Shown here one piece after another: positions 22,042 through 31,401 of a DNA stretch of 64,000 bases. A program made the translations under genes and the position numbers. The DNA is from a virus (lineage: Duplodnaviria; Heunggongvirae; Uroviricota; Caudoviricetes), in the IMG/VR virus record IMGVR_UViG_2574179769_000003, positions 13,748 to 77,747 of that record. One strand, given 5' to 3'. The notes beneath the pieces were generated by a model, which was not told where the DNA came from, did no database searches, and saw nothing but the letters and a program-made list of their open reading frames with translations. Positions within the stretch are counted from its first letter, which is position 1. Each line of letters opens with the position of its first letter.

Positions 22042-22573
22042 TTATATCACCTCTATTTGGCAGGAATTTATTGTTTTAAGTGCATATTTATGATTTTCTG
22101 AAGTTGTTCCAGCACAACACTTTGAATTAATAACAATATGTATTTCTGGACAGAACGTCTTAATTAGCAATGCGTTACTTACTACACAGATATCAGTACA
22201 TAATCCAACAATTTCAATATCAGTAAACTGATGTTTTTTTTACATATTGAGCTAATTTTACTGACCCAAATGTTTTCTTTTCAAATAATTGTTTTGGTTT
22301 AGGTTTAATTAATTTTAATATTTCTCCATTCAAACACCAACCATAGCTCCCCTTAATACAATGAATTATTGGTAAATTTATACCTTCGTTTGTATTGAGA
22401 TAATTCTCGTTATGTGTATCTAAAGTAAATACTATTCTTGAATCAGGCTTGTCTTTATATTCTTTAATTTTATCTATAACATTTGGTAAAATTGCCCTAG
22501 CTTCATTTGTTCCCAAAGAACCATCAATAAAGTCATTTTGCATATCCACCACAATTAATAATTTCTTTTTCAT
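22042..22573 (-). CDS. pncA: isochorismatase-family cysteine hydrolase, nicotinamidase (PncA)-like; frames joined across an A8 run at 22232..22239
   Basis: N-terminus LLIVVDMQNDFIDGSL...TLDTH; the shifted C-terminal part has IVGLCTDICVVSNALL with the catalytic Cys. A7 instead of A8 fuses the frames. Confidence 0.6.
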
Positions 22574-22582
22574 TTCTTTCTC

Positions 22583-23338
22583 CTATTGTTCTAGCATAAC
22601 TAAATTGTTAATATAATCTCTTTCATCTGTAAATAATGGTATGTTATAATCAATAACCCAATTTCCATCACCATCTTTAATACAACAAACACCTCTTTGT
22701 AATTCATTGGGTAATTTATCCCAATGAACACCTTCCTCAACAGACAGTTTCTCTTTTAATTCATCACAATTCAAGCCTTGCATTTCATTATGTGAGAATC
22801 TAGATTGAGCCAATGCTTGAATACTATTTCTAATAGCATCCTGTTGTCTCCAAATCAAGCAGTTCACAACTTCATGCTTAGGCAAATTAAATGCCCTTGA
22901 ATCAAATGAAGCTTTAAAGCATCTCTTTTCCCATAAATTTTCTTCATCTGGAAAATATACCGCACTAAAACAATTTTTTGATTCAACTTCTTGATTGAAA
23001 TATAAAGTGGCTAAAGCTGCACTTGTTGAAACCATTTTTTGAACTTTATTATCAAACCAAGCATCGCTGTTGATATTTTTATAGTCTACTAAAACAAGTG
23101 TTATCTCATCGCTTTGACAATAAGCCAAAACGCATCCTTGAATTTGTTGACATAATTTTTTCATTGTATGCTTCATAACATCACAAAAGTCTATATCAAA
23201 CGGTTTATTTAGACCTTTAGTAAATGTATGGAAAGCTTTGCCATCAACACGAATAATAACAGGCAATCTTCTTAACAGCTTTGTTTGTGATTGATTTTCG
23301 TATTCTTTCATACGATTTCCTAATTTTGTTTTATCCAT
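22583..23338 (-). CDS. Thg1-like protein (tRNA-His guanylyltransferase family, 3'-5' nucleotidyltransferase)
   Basis: RLPVIIRVDGKAFHTFTKGLNKPFD matches the Thg1 palm-domain signature (VRxDGRxFHxF...KPxD). Confidence 0.6.
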   Translation of the reverse strand: MDKTKLGNRMKEYENQSQTKLLRRLPVIIRVDGKAFHTFTKGLNKPFDIDFCDVMKHTMKKLCQQIQGCVLAYCQSDEITLVLVDYKNINSDAWFDNKVQKMVSTSAALATLYFNQEVESKNCFSAVYFPDEENLWEKRCFKASFDSRAFNLPKHEVVNCLIWRQQDAIRNSIQALAQSRFSHNEMQGLNCDELKEKLSVEEGVHWDKLPNELQRGVCCIKDGDGNWVIDYNIPLFTDERDYINNLVMLEQ

Positions 23339-23717
23339 TTAGACTCCTTTAAATCTCCATTTTAATTCTCACTTTCATTAATATTATCGTTAAATAATTC
23401 ACCTAGTTTCTTAAACTCTAGATAGCTAATAGTTAACTCATAGAATAAAACACCTGTTTTTTTGACTAATTTGTTTACCATTTTAACTTCTTCGTTAGTT
23501 AATCCATTTTTTTGTTAAATCAACATACAAATCACAACTATTATTGTTCACAATCATCTTTCTCGATTGCAACTATTTCAGCAATTTTGTGATCAGTCTC
23601 ATCATAAATATCATCGTAACAGCCAGTTAATATTTTTTGCTTTGCATCTTCTAATGAATCAGCTTCAACATACCCCTTGCCAGTACATGTCATATTACAA
23701 GTAAATTTATAATACAT

Positions 23718-24944
23718 CTAACACTCCTCTAACCTTTCATTAATATATTTATCTTCCAAACACTCTGGCAAACTATCTTTTACAACCTCTTGAATGTATT
23801 TAAAACTGTAATCAGATACATCAATTGCAATATCATATAGTTCGTCATGTTCACTTTTAGATAATTTATTTTGTATTTTATATAATAATCTAAGTATTCT
23901 TCTGGTATTAGAGTCTTCAAATTCTGACCAAGCACTTGATTCATTTGATTGTTTTCTCATTTTATCTTTAGCCTCATCTAATATATCCTCTTTATCTTTT
24001 GCTTTAGCTACAATAGCTGATACATTTTCATTAGATTCAAATGTTTTGTACCCCTCTTTTTCTAATAATTTTCCTACACCAGAAGTAGCTACCATAACAT
24101 CATCATCAAGTTTATTTTCCTCATAAAATTTTGCAGTAAATTCTTTTGCAAAGTCATCATCTAAAAAATCTATTATGTCGGCTATTTTCGAAGTATCGGT
24201 ACTACTTCTAACTATCTGTTTGTAAATTTCATCATTACATTCTTCTACCGTAATTGCTGCTTTTGCAGTTAATTTTTTTAAATCATAATAGTTAATAGCC
24301 TTTCTATCACGATCCAATTTAACTTCACATGCATTAAAATTATATCCAAATTGAAAGTTGTCATCTGATTGTACATATAAACCCTCAACGAACATCTTCC
24401 CTTTGAATTTCATATCTAATAGAATTTGTCCATTAACTGTATTAATTACCTTTCCAAAATCATTTTCTATACAAGGAAAATCATTTTTTAAATCTTCAAA
24501 TACTAATGATGAAATGTTATTAATTTTAAATTCTAGATTATTATTATCTAAACATTTTGTTGATTTAACTTTTAATAATTCTGTATTAAAAGTATCAGAA
24601 TATTCAAAGTAAGGTTCCCATAAATATTCGCTATTAGAAATAACAACATTGTGATTATTTCTTAATAAGACCACTAATGCTAATTTATATCCTTCAGCAT
24701 TTCCGCCGATCATTTTATTATTATTAGTTTTATCACCAATTCCAAGAATTAGAGTACTTTTATCAATATATGTATGTTTATTCCCAATTAACAACTCTTC
24801 ATTTTCTACATCATAATTTACATACATTTTATGACCATCTTTTTCACTATCAATTGCGTTTTGAAGAATCTCTCTTATTGCATCACTAATTGTCCAACTA
24901 CTTACATAATTTTTACTCAAACTTAATTCATAGACTTCAGACAT
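23718..24944 (-). CDS. GHKL-type (HATPase_c-like) ATP-binding protein
   Basis: N-box-like ISDAIREILQNAIDS and G-rich IGGNAEGYKLALVV segment near the N-terminus. Confidence 0.45.
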   Translation of the reverse strand: MSEVYELSLSKNYVSSWTISDAIREILQNAIDSEKDGHKMYVNYDVENEELLIGNKHTYIDKSTLILGIGDKTNNNKMIGGNAEGYKLALVVLLRNNHNVVISNSEYLWEPYFEYSDTFNTELLKVKSTKCLDNNNLEFKINNISSLVFEDLKNDFPCIENDFGKVINTVNGQILLDMKFKGKMFVEGLYVQSDDNFQFGYNFNACEVKLDRDRKAINYYDLKKLTAKAAITVEECNDEIYKQIVRSSTDTSKIADIIDFLDDDFAKEFTAKFYEENKLDDDVMVATSGVGKLLEKEGYKTFESNENVSAIVAKAKDKEDILDEAKDKMRKQSNESSAWSEFEDSNTRRILRLLYKIQNKLSKSEHDELYDIAIDVSDYSFKYIQEVVKDSLPECLEDKYINERLEEC

Positions 24945-25132
24945 TAGACAATCAATCTCCCAGTTGTTTTGTCAATTATATTGTAAGCAGTCAAAATTTC
25001 TTTAAAGTCATGGTCACTTTCACATGTTAATATTAACATTTTGACCTGGCTTAGTAATTCATTTAAATTACCCAATTCAGTATTTTTTAATGTAGCTAAT
25101 CTTGATAGTGCAGTTTTATCTTCCTCCGACAA
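24944..25132 (-). CDS. hypothetical protein
   Basis: 62 aa ORF, ATGA overlap with the upstream gene. Confidence 0.35.
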   Translation of the reverse strand: MSEEDKTALSRLATLKNTELGNLNELLSQVKMLILTCESDHDFKEILTAYNIIDKTTGRLIV

Positions 25133-25177
25133 ACATAATTTAACTTCTTCATTGTTTTTATCTATTAACTTAAGCCC

Positions 25178-25708
25178 TTAAATAGCAATAGATAACTCAT
25201 TTTCAGCATAACCATCTGGCAAACAATTTTTAATTTTACTAACATCTATTTTGTATGAATTGGATGCTATTTTTTGAATTAATTTAGTTGCTGCTTCTTT
25301 GTTAGATTTTTCTTTTGCTTGTGTTATTAATTCATTATATTTATCAATTATTCTATTTTTCTTCAAGTCATAATAATTATTTAAAAACTCTTCCATTCTT
25401 TCATTTAGTGTTTTCATTTGCTCTCTTTTCTCCTTTGAATTATTAATTTCTTCTTTATCTTCAAGCCAATATAATAGCTTTTTGATTAATTTGTCTCTTG
25501 CATATACGTGCCCTCTCCCCCAACTAAGATTTCCTTCGGTTAGAGTATTACAATTATATTCCTTAAGCACTTCATCTACTGCGTTTACATATAACGATTC
25601 GACAATATAGAGCGGTACATTATTTTGTATTTTTGAATACATATCGCAAATGTCCTTATATGTTTTAAAGCTTATTAAGTATTGAAGTTTTTTGTTAACA
25701 TTCTTCAT
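25178..25708 (-). CDS. hypothetical protein
   Basis: 176 aa ORF. Confidence 0.45.
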   Translation of the reverse strand: MKNVNKKLQYLISFKTYKDICDMYSKIQNNVPLYIVESLYVNAVDEVLKEYNCNTLTEGNLSWGRGHVYARDKLIKKLLYWLEDKEEINNSKEKREQMKTLNERMEEFLNNYYDLKKNRIIDKYNELITQAKEKSNKEAATKLIQKIASNSYKIDVSKIKNCLPDGYAENELSIAI

Positions 25709-25929
25709 ATATTTATACCATCCTTTTAATTAAAACAGTTCTTTTATCTAATTGATTCGGCAATCAAATTTGTAATATATATAATGGCAACACAAGCCAT
25801 CATGATAATCATATATTTAGAATTATCATGTTTTTCTTGACATATCTTTATGATTGCACAAACAATCCCACCAACTCCTATAACGTACCCAATTGTAGTT
25901 ACAACAACGTCCATTATAAATTTTCTCCT

Positions 25930-26553
25930 TTATTCATATTTTCTGAAAATTCTTTGAAATATATTTCTTGATTTAAGTGTAAAGATTTCTTTATTAAGTT
26001 TCTCAACTATGTTTTTTAGCGAGTAATATGCTTTATCAATGTCATTTTGCAGATTTTCATTATTTCTATACCATTTGTTTGATAAATAGATACTTTCGCC
26101 AGATGTTTTAATCATTGCTAATGATCCGATTTGTGGCAAATCCAAATTATCAAGAAGAATTTTATTGCAGTGAATATTCCCAGCAACTGATGAGTTTCCC
26201 CACATATCGTGATGAATAATATTTGTATCACATTTATTTACAGCTTTAAATTGACAATTTTCATCATCATATTTTATATAATAATATTCAAATGTTTTAT
26301 TTGATAATTCAAAAGGTAAAATATCACCCTCATATATTAATTCATCATTCAAATCTGTTAATCCAGTACACATGTTTATAACCCAATCTTCACCACCAAA
26401 AACATACGATGCTTCAAATTTAATGTCTGAATCTTTATTGCAAACAAACCACATTTCACCCTCAATAACTTGAGAGTAAAATGTTAGATCATAGTAATCT
26501 TCAATATCGCCCTGATAAAATGCTCTAAATTTCTGTTCCATTTTACAAACCAT
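25930..26553 (-). CDS. YopX-family phage protein
   Basis: KFRAFYQGD...MCTGLTDLNDELIYEGDIL matches the YopX signature (KFRAW..., GL.DKNG..IYEGDI). Confidence 0.55.
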   Translation of the reverse strand: MVCKMEQKFRAFYQGDIEDYYDLTFYSQVIEGEMWFVCNKDSDIKFEASYVFGGEDWVINMCTGLTDLNDELIYEGDILPFELSNKTFEYYYIKYDDENCQFKAVNKCDTNIIHHDMWGNSSVAGNIHCNKILLDNLDLPQIGSLAMIKTSGESIYLSNKWYRNNENLQNDIDKAYYSLKNIVEKLNKEIFTLKSRNIFQRIFRKYE

Positions 26554-27238
26554 ATTTAATAGCTATTTCTTTAACAATTGCTATATATCCTTCAATTAGT
26601 TTTTTATCATCTGCAATAACATCTAAACTATTTGTTCTTTCTATTTTAGATTTGCAGACACCTTCTTCTAACATTCTTCTACGTTTGTTAGTCAATCTTG
26701 TTGGCAAATTAACTCCCATTCTACGTTCAAGAAGTTTATAAGACTCATTTCTAACATCCTTAAAAGATACTTCACCATTTGAACTTGTACTTATTTTTCG
26801 TAACAACTTATTAGTTTCATCTCGCCATGATGTGTGATCAATAGCTACAACTTCTCTAATACCCTTAACATCATCTTTGACTTGTTTAAGTTGTTTTTCA
26901 TGTTCATTTTGTTTTAGTTCTAGTGAAATCAATAATCTTAGTTCGGGTGATAAATTCTGTAACTGCAATTGAGTATCACGTGCTTTATTTTCAACTGTTA
27001 CAAAATAATCTCTTGCTTCTTTTCCTCTAACCGAATGAGATTCCATAGATAAGTGTTTGGCAAAGTCTGTTGTTAGCTTATAATCTTTACATTTATTACC
27101 GCTCGACATGATGTCGAACCCCCACCAATCCTTGTTCTCATCATAAAATATATTCTTCTCTATGTTCTTTTTAGCCCATCTTGCAAATTGCGTTGGTGCT
27201 AATTCTAAAAAATCATACAACTTTCTGGCAGTTGTCAT
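26543..27238 (-). CDS. AntA-like phage antirepressor
   Basis: RKLYDFLELAPTQFARWAKKNIEKNIFYDENKDW resembles the AntA N-terminal domain. Confidence 0.5.
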   Translation of the reverse strand: MTTARKLYDFLELAPTQFARWAKKNIEKNIFYDENKDWWGFDIMSSGNKCKDYKLTTDFAKHLSMESHSVRGKEARDYFVTVENKARDTQLQLQNLSPELRLLISLELKQNEHEKQLKQVKDDVKGIREVVAIDHTSWRDETNKLLRKISTSSNGEVSFKDVRNESYKLLERRMGVNLPTRLTNKRRRMLEEGVCKSKIERTNSLDVIADDKKLIEGYIAIVKEIAIKYGL

Positions 27239-27303
27239 ACCGTTTTCATCTATTCCTAAAGCAATCTCGATAGGAGTTTGCTCTGTTGTTTTTAATATAT
27301 TAT

Positions 27304-28275
27304 TTATAATTGTTCATTCCTTTCTTGTTTTTTAATTACATCAAACATTTCTTCAATGTTATTTGTTAGCTTATACCTCTTAGTTGATGTACTGTTTCGA
27401 GCAAACTTACCTTCAACTGCATCTACATACATATTAGAAGATCCTTCTTCTCCTTGGTAAAACTTATCCCATGCAGAATCTGAAATCCATCTACGTACAT
27501 TTAGTTGAGTTAAAGCTAAATTATCAAAGCTAACTACCTTAAAATTTTTAAATAACCAATCGATGTTTCTACTTAATTTAATGATTCTATTTTCTATTTC
27601 AACTCCATTTTTTTCATATAACTTATTTCCTCGTCGAAAATGTTTATAACCTAAAATTAATACTTTTGGATTAGAAAAATTATTGATTAAATATGATAAT
27701 TCTTTGTAGTCAACTAATCCTGCAATAACATGGAATACCACATTTTCTACCTCACCATATACTTCTTTCAAACATTCTGATTCTTTTATAAAAGATACTC
27801 CAATTCCATGAAGATATCCTTTTTCTTGCCAAGACTTTATCTTATCTATATTAGATACAAATTCATCTTGATGAAAAGTAGCATTAGTAACAATTCCTTT
27901 TTTATATAACTTTTCTAGCAATTCATCTAAATGTGGGTAACTAGTCAACATTCCACCGCCGAGCGCTGCTTCAGAACCAGATACCCAACTATTGATAAAA
28001 TCAAAGTTTTCTAGTGGTGCATGTTTACCTTCTGGGGATGAGTTTTCGTGACACATGTCACATCCAAACGTGCAACAATTAGTCACTTTAATGTCCATGT
28101 TCATTGGCATTTTAAAATTAAATTCTTTATCTTCTGTTTGACATATTCTTGTTCCATCAGTATATAATTCAATATTTGCATTGCCATTTCTATATGTTCG
28201 CAATAAACTAACCGTCATAACCATATTCTCCAAATGCCACAACAATTTCACCTGAAGAAGTTGTAAATTCATCAT
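27304..28275 (-). CDS. radical SAM enzyme (CxxxCxxC)
   Basis: VTNCCTFGCDMCHE contains CTFGCDMC = CxxxCxxC; GGGMLTS glycine-rich segment downstream. The true start is probably internal (overlaps the next ORF by 68 bp). Confidence 0.55.
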   Translation of the reverse strand: MMNLQLLQVKLLWHLENMVMTVSLLRTYRNGNANIELYTDGTRICQTEDKEFNFKMPMNMDIKVTNCCTFGCDMCHENSSPEGKHAPLENFDFINSWVSGSEAALGGGMLTSYPHLDELLEKLYKKGIVTNATFHQDEFVSNIDKIKSWQEKGYLHGIGVSFIKESECLKEVYGEVENVVFHVIAGLVDYKELSYLINNFSNPKVLILGYKHFRRGNKLYEKNGVEIENRIIKLSRNIDWLFKNFKVVSFDNLALTQLNVRRWISDSAWDKFYQGEEGSSNMYVDAVEGKFARNSTSTKRYKLTNNIEEMFDVIKKQERNEQL

Positions 28276-28588
28276 AGAATTTTTCTAATTCATAATTATC
28301 ATCATCATAAAACCCAAAATCCAAATCATCTAATAATATTCTAATTGATTTCTTGTCGGTTAAATTATAGTCTTTAATTTTGTTTTTGTAGTATTCTTCT
28401 GTTTTAATAAAATCAAGAGCTTCGTCAATAGTTATAAACGTTTTGTCACCTTTATATAGGTATACATTCTCAGTTGAAACAACTTCTCCACGTTGCCATG
28501 CTTCATAATCTGATTTCAGGCACATTGTTAAACTGTGAGTAGAGCTACTATTTGTCTCAAAAGTGTTATTTCTAATTATTTTCTTCAT
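28208..28588 (-). CDS. hypothetical protein, paralog A (conserved N-terminus MKKIIRNNTFETNSSSTHS)
   Basis: 126 aa; N-terminal ~25 aa nearly identical to the adjacent gene 28604..29092. Confidence 0.5.
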   Translation of the reverse strand: MKKIIRNNTFETNSSSTHSLTMCLKSDYEAWQRGEVVSTENVYLYKGDKTFITIDEALDFIKTEEYYKNKIKDYNLTDKKSIRILLDDLDFGFYDDDNYELEKFYDEFTTSSGEIVVAFGEYGYDG

Positions 28589-28603
28589 TAATTTTCTCCT
28601 TAA

Positions 28604-29092
28604 TTATTCATATTTAACATCACCGATTACAAATCGATCATTTCCGCCAGTTACACCTGAATAATCATAGTCTCCTGTAATCAGTACATCTGTTTTATCA
28701 TCCAATAAGTAGTTTATTAATAAGACACTATCTTCCAAGACTCTGTCTAAGAGATCTGACCCCGCATATTGTGCTTGATGATTAATTAAATAGGTATTTT
28801 TTATTTCTCTATATTCGTGTTCAAACTTTAACTTAGTATTAGGTAATGCTTTTTGTAACGCCTCTTTTAATTTATTTTCCATAAAACATTGAATAGCTAT
28901 AGAATAAAGATAATTTGCTCTACCTTGCATTGAACTCATATCGTCGCCATCAAATGGATAATTATGAAATTCATGTGCCTCAAAGTTAATTTCCTTGGGG
29001 TGAGATATTTTTTTATCTTTAATACAAATCGAAAACGAATGTGATGAACTAGAGTTAGTTTCAAAAGTATTTTTTCTAATAATTCTTTTCAT
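28604..29092 (-). CDS. hypothetical protein, paralog B (N-terminus MKRIIRKNTFETNSSSSHS)
   Basis: 162 aa; tandem paralog of 28208..28588. Confidence 0.5.
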   Translation of the reverse strand: MKRIIRKNTFETNSSSSHSFSICIKDKKISHPKEINFEAHEFHNYPFDGDDMSSMQGRANYLYSIAIQCFMENKLKEALQKALPNTKLKFEHEYREIKNTYLINHQAQYAGSDLLDRVLEDSVLLINYLLDDKTDVLITGDYDYSGVTGGNDRFVIGDVKYE

Positions 29093-29215
29093 TTATAATC
29101 CTTCCTTTCCAATATCTTTATATTGACGATAAATAACTTCTAAATGTTATAACCATCATGTTTCACAAAGCCTGTATTTACAACTAGGGGTTCAATCCTT
29201 TATAAAACCTACTTT

Positions 29216-29911
29216 TTATTTAATTTCTTGCTCAACTCTTTCAAGTCTTTTATTTGCTATGTTGAAATAATTTTTATCAATCTCAATTCCTAAAAATTTT
29301 CTACCTGTTCTGAGCGCAGCTTCACCCGTAGAACCACTTCCTGCAAACCCATCAAATACAATATCGTTTTCATCACTGTGTTTTCTAATACATTGTTCTA
29401 ATAACTCTATTGGTTTTTGATTTTGGTGTAATTGCTTTTTACCACTAACTCTATCAAAGTACCAAACGTCAGTCAGGCGCTTCCCATTAAAAAATTTTCT
29501 TCCTTTGTTTACCAAAATTATCATTTCATATTGTTTTCCAAATTGTGCCTTTAAATCGCCTGCTGTCCAATTGTTTTTAATCCATATAATTATATTCTTT
29601 ATTTTAAAACCAGTCTTTTCTAATTCGGTTTTAAAAAAATCAATTTTATTGGAATTGCAGAACATATACATTGCTGTATTATTTTTCATAATTCTATAGC
29701 ACTCCGATATATATAATTGTATTAACAAGCTATCATTATCGCCACTAATAGGTGTACAAAACATATGTGACTTATCTTTTCTGCGGTTTGTTTTATAATT
29801 CATTAAATATGGTGGATCTGTTACAATTAAATCTACGCTTTCATCAGGTATTTGTTTCATTACCTCTAGACAATCGTCTTGTTTTAGAATAAACTTTTTA
29901 TTATTACTCAA
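29216..29911 (-). CDS. DNA methyltransferase, N6-adenine/N4-cytosine class (DPPY)
   Basis: LIVTDPPYLMNY catalytic motif IV and C-terminal FDGFAGSGSTGEAA SAM-binding motif I (beta-class permutation). Confidence 0.75.
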   Translation of the reverse strand: MSNNKKFILKQDDCLEVMKQIPDESVDLIVTDPPYLMNYKTNRRKDKSHMFCTPISGDNDSLLIQLYISECYRIMKNNTAMYMFCNSNKIDFFKTELEKTGFKIKNIIIWIKNNWTAGDLKAQFGKQYEMIILVNKGRKFFNGKRLTDVWYFDRVSGKKQLHQNQKPIELLEQCIRKHSDENDIVFDGFAGSGSTGEAALRTGRKFLGIEIDKNYFNIANKRLERVEQEIK

Positions 29912-30057
29912 TTTATTACCTTATAATCGAAAATATTTTCTTTAACTAGTATTATTTTATTTCCTTTCTCTTCTTTATTTTCTATATTTGTTTTATTTGA
30001 TATTCTTTGTCTTTTTATCCACGTCTGAATAAAAAGTTTATTTTATTTCTTAATCAA

Positions 30058-30112
30058 CCATTTGTAATTGTAAAGTAATTAATTTTAATAAATCTAAATG
30101 AATTACAAATGG
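30058..30112. promoter_or_regulatory. perfect 12-bp inverted repeat (CCATTTGTAATT ... AATTACAAATGG) between the two methyltransferase genes
   Basis: Arms at 30058..30069 and 30101..30112, 31-bp AT-rich spacer; operator-like. Confidence 0.5.
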
Positions 30113-30132
30113 ATTAATATATCTATTTCTAT

Positions 30133-30732
30133 CTATTTAAATTCCAATAGATGCAATCTAGTAATACCCTTATACCCCTTTTTCCATACAAAGTGAGCAT
30201 ATTCTACACTATCGGTTCCACCATCTTTTGTAAAGCTCATACGTTTTGAATGCACGTATATTTCATATGGCATATTATTTCTTAGCCAGATATTTCTATC
30301 TTTACTTCCAAGAAAATTCAATCTAAGCAACATAATTACATAACCATTTTCACTTACATCACACATTGCTTTTTTGACAAAATCCATTGCTAAATTAAAT
30401 GGCGGATTAGTAAAAATAATATCAGCGTTATAATCGGGTAAAATTTTTGATATGTCTGTATCCAAATAATTTACTCCCTTAAAATTTGCTTTACTATCCA
30501 TTCTTATGTCCAAAGTTTCAATATTCCAAACTGGAAAAACTTTTTTTATAGCTTCTGGATAACTCATATCGTTATCTTTATCTCCACCAGCACAAGGATC
30601 TAATACGTTTTCTATGTTATTCAATTCATTATGATTTCCCTTGAAAACTTTTAAAAAATTAATTATATCCTTTTGAGGTGTTACATAATAATCAAACTTA
30701 TTACGCTCTTTCCCTCTATTTGTACTGCTCAT
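30133..30732 (-). CDS. DNA adenine methyltransferase (NPPF)
   Basis: VLDPCAGGD (motif I) and IIFTNPPFN (motif IV, NPPF). Confidence 0.6.
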   Translation of the reverse strand: MSSTNRGKERNKFDYYVTPQKDIINFLKVFKGNHNELNNIENVLDPCAGGDKDNDMSYPEAIKKVFPVWNIETLDIRMDSKANFKGVNYLDTDISKILPDYNADIIFTNPPFNLAMDFVKKAMCDVSENGYVIMLLRLNFLGSKDRNIWLRNNMPYEIYVHSKRMSFTKDGGTDSVEYAHFVWKKGYKGITRLHLLEFK

Positions 30733-30818
30733 TAATTATAAAAACCTCCAAAACAGTTGGTTTCTTTTAGAAAACTTTTTATATTTTACCTCCATAAATT
30801 ATTAATAAAAGTAATATT

Positions 30819-31397
30819 TTAATTACTAAAACCAAAGTGATTTCTTATTTTGGTTCTTATATTTTTAATGACTCTTGATACTTGAACCTGAGAAATACTA
30901 TATCTTTTTGCAATATCTACTTGATTTTCACCATTAATATATAAATTAAACATTTCTAAATCTCTTGAACTAAAATTTGACTTTAAATACGCTAATATTT
31001 CATTTAACAATACATGATTATTTTGGTTTGAAAACTTGTTAAATTTATATTGTATTAATTCTATAAATTCTGTTGGCTTACCATTTTCGTTTCTTATTTC
31101 ACTATTTAACGACATTGCCCCAATCGTTTTAAATTTACAATTTTTATTTCTATTATAATAATGGTTAATTCTATATTTTATTGGCTTTGTTAAAAAATAT
31201 GAAAACTTAACATTTTTTTCCACATCAAATTTTTGACAATAAGAAAGATAAGTTGTTAAACAATAATCAATTAAATCTTGTGGTGGTGTATGATAATTTT
31301 TCCTATTGTACTTATTTACCATCCATATAAACAAAGGATAGTTTTTTTTCAACAAATTCATCAATACACTCTCCTTTAAAGTTAAGCACAACTCCAA
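30819..31397 (-). CDS. phage-encoded sigma-70-family sigma factor
   Basis: C-terminal region-4 HTH LSSRDLEMFNLYINGENQVDIAKRYSISQVQVSRVIKNIRTKIR; region-2-like N-terminal half. Confidence 0.6.
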   Translation of the reverse strand: MELCLTLKESVLMNLLKKNYPLFIWMVNKYNRKNYHTPPQDLIDYCLTTYLSYCQKFDVEKNVKFSYFLTKPIKYRINHYYNRNKNCKFKTIGAMSLNSEIRNENGKPTEFIELIQYKFNKFSNQNNHVLLNEILAYLKSNFSSRDLEMFNLYINGENQVDIAKRYSISQVQVSRVIKNIRTKIRNHFGFSN

Positions 31398-31401
31398 CCT
31401 C

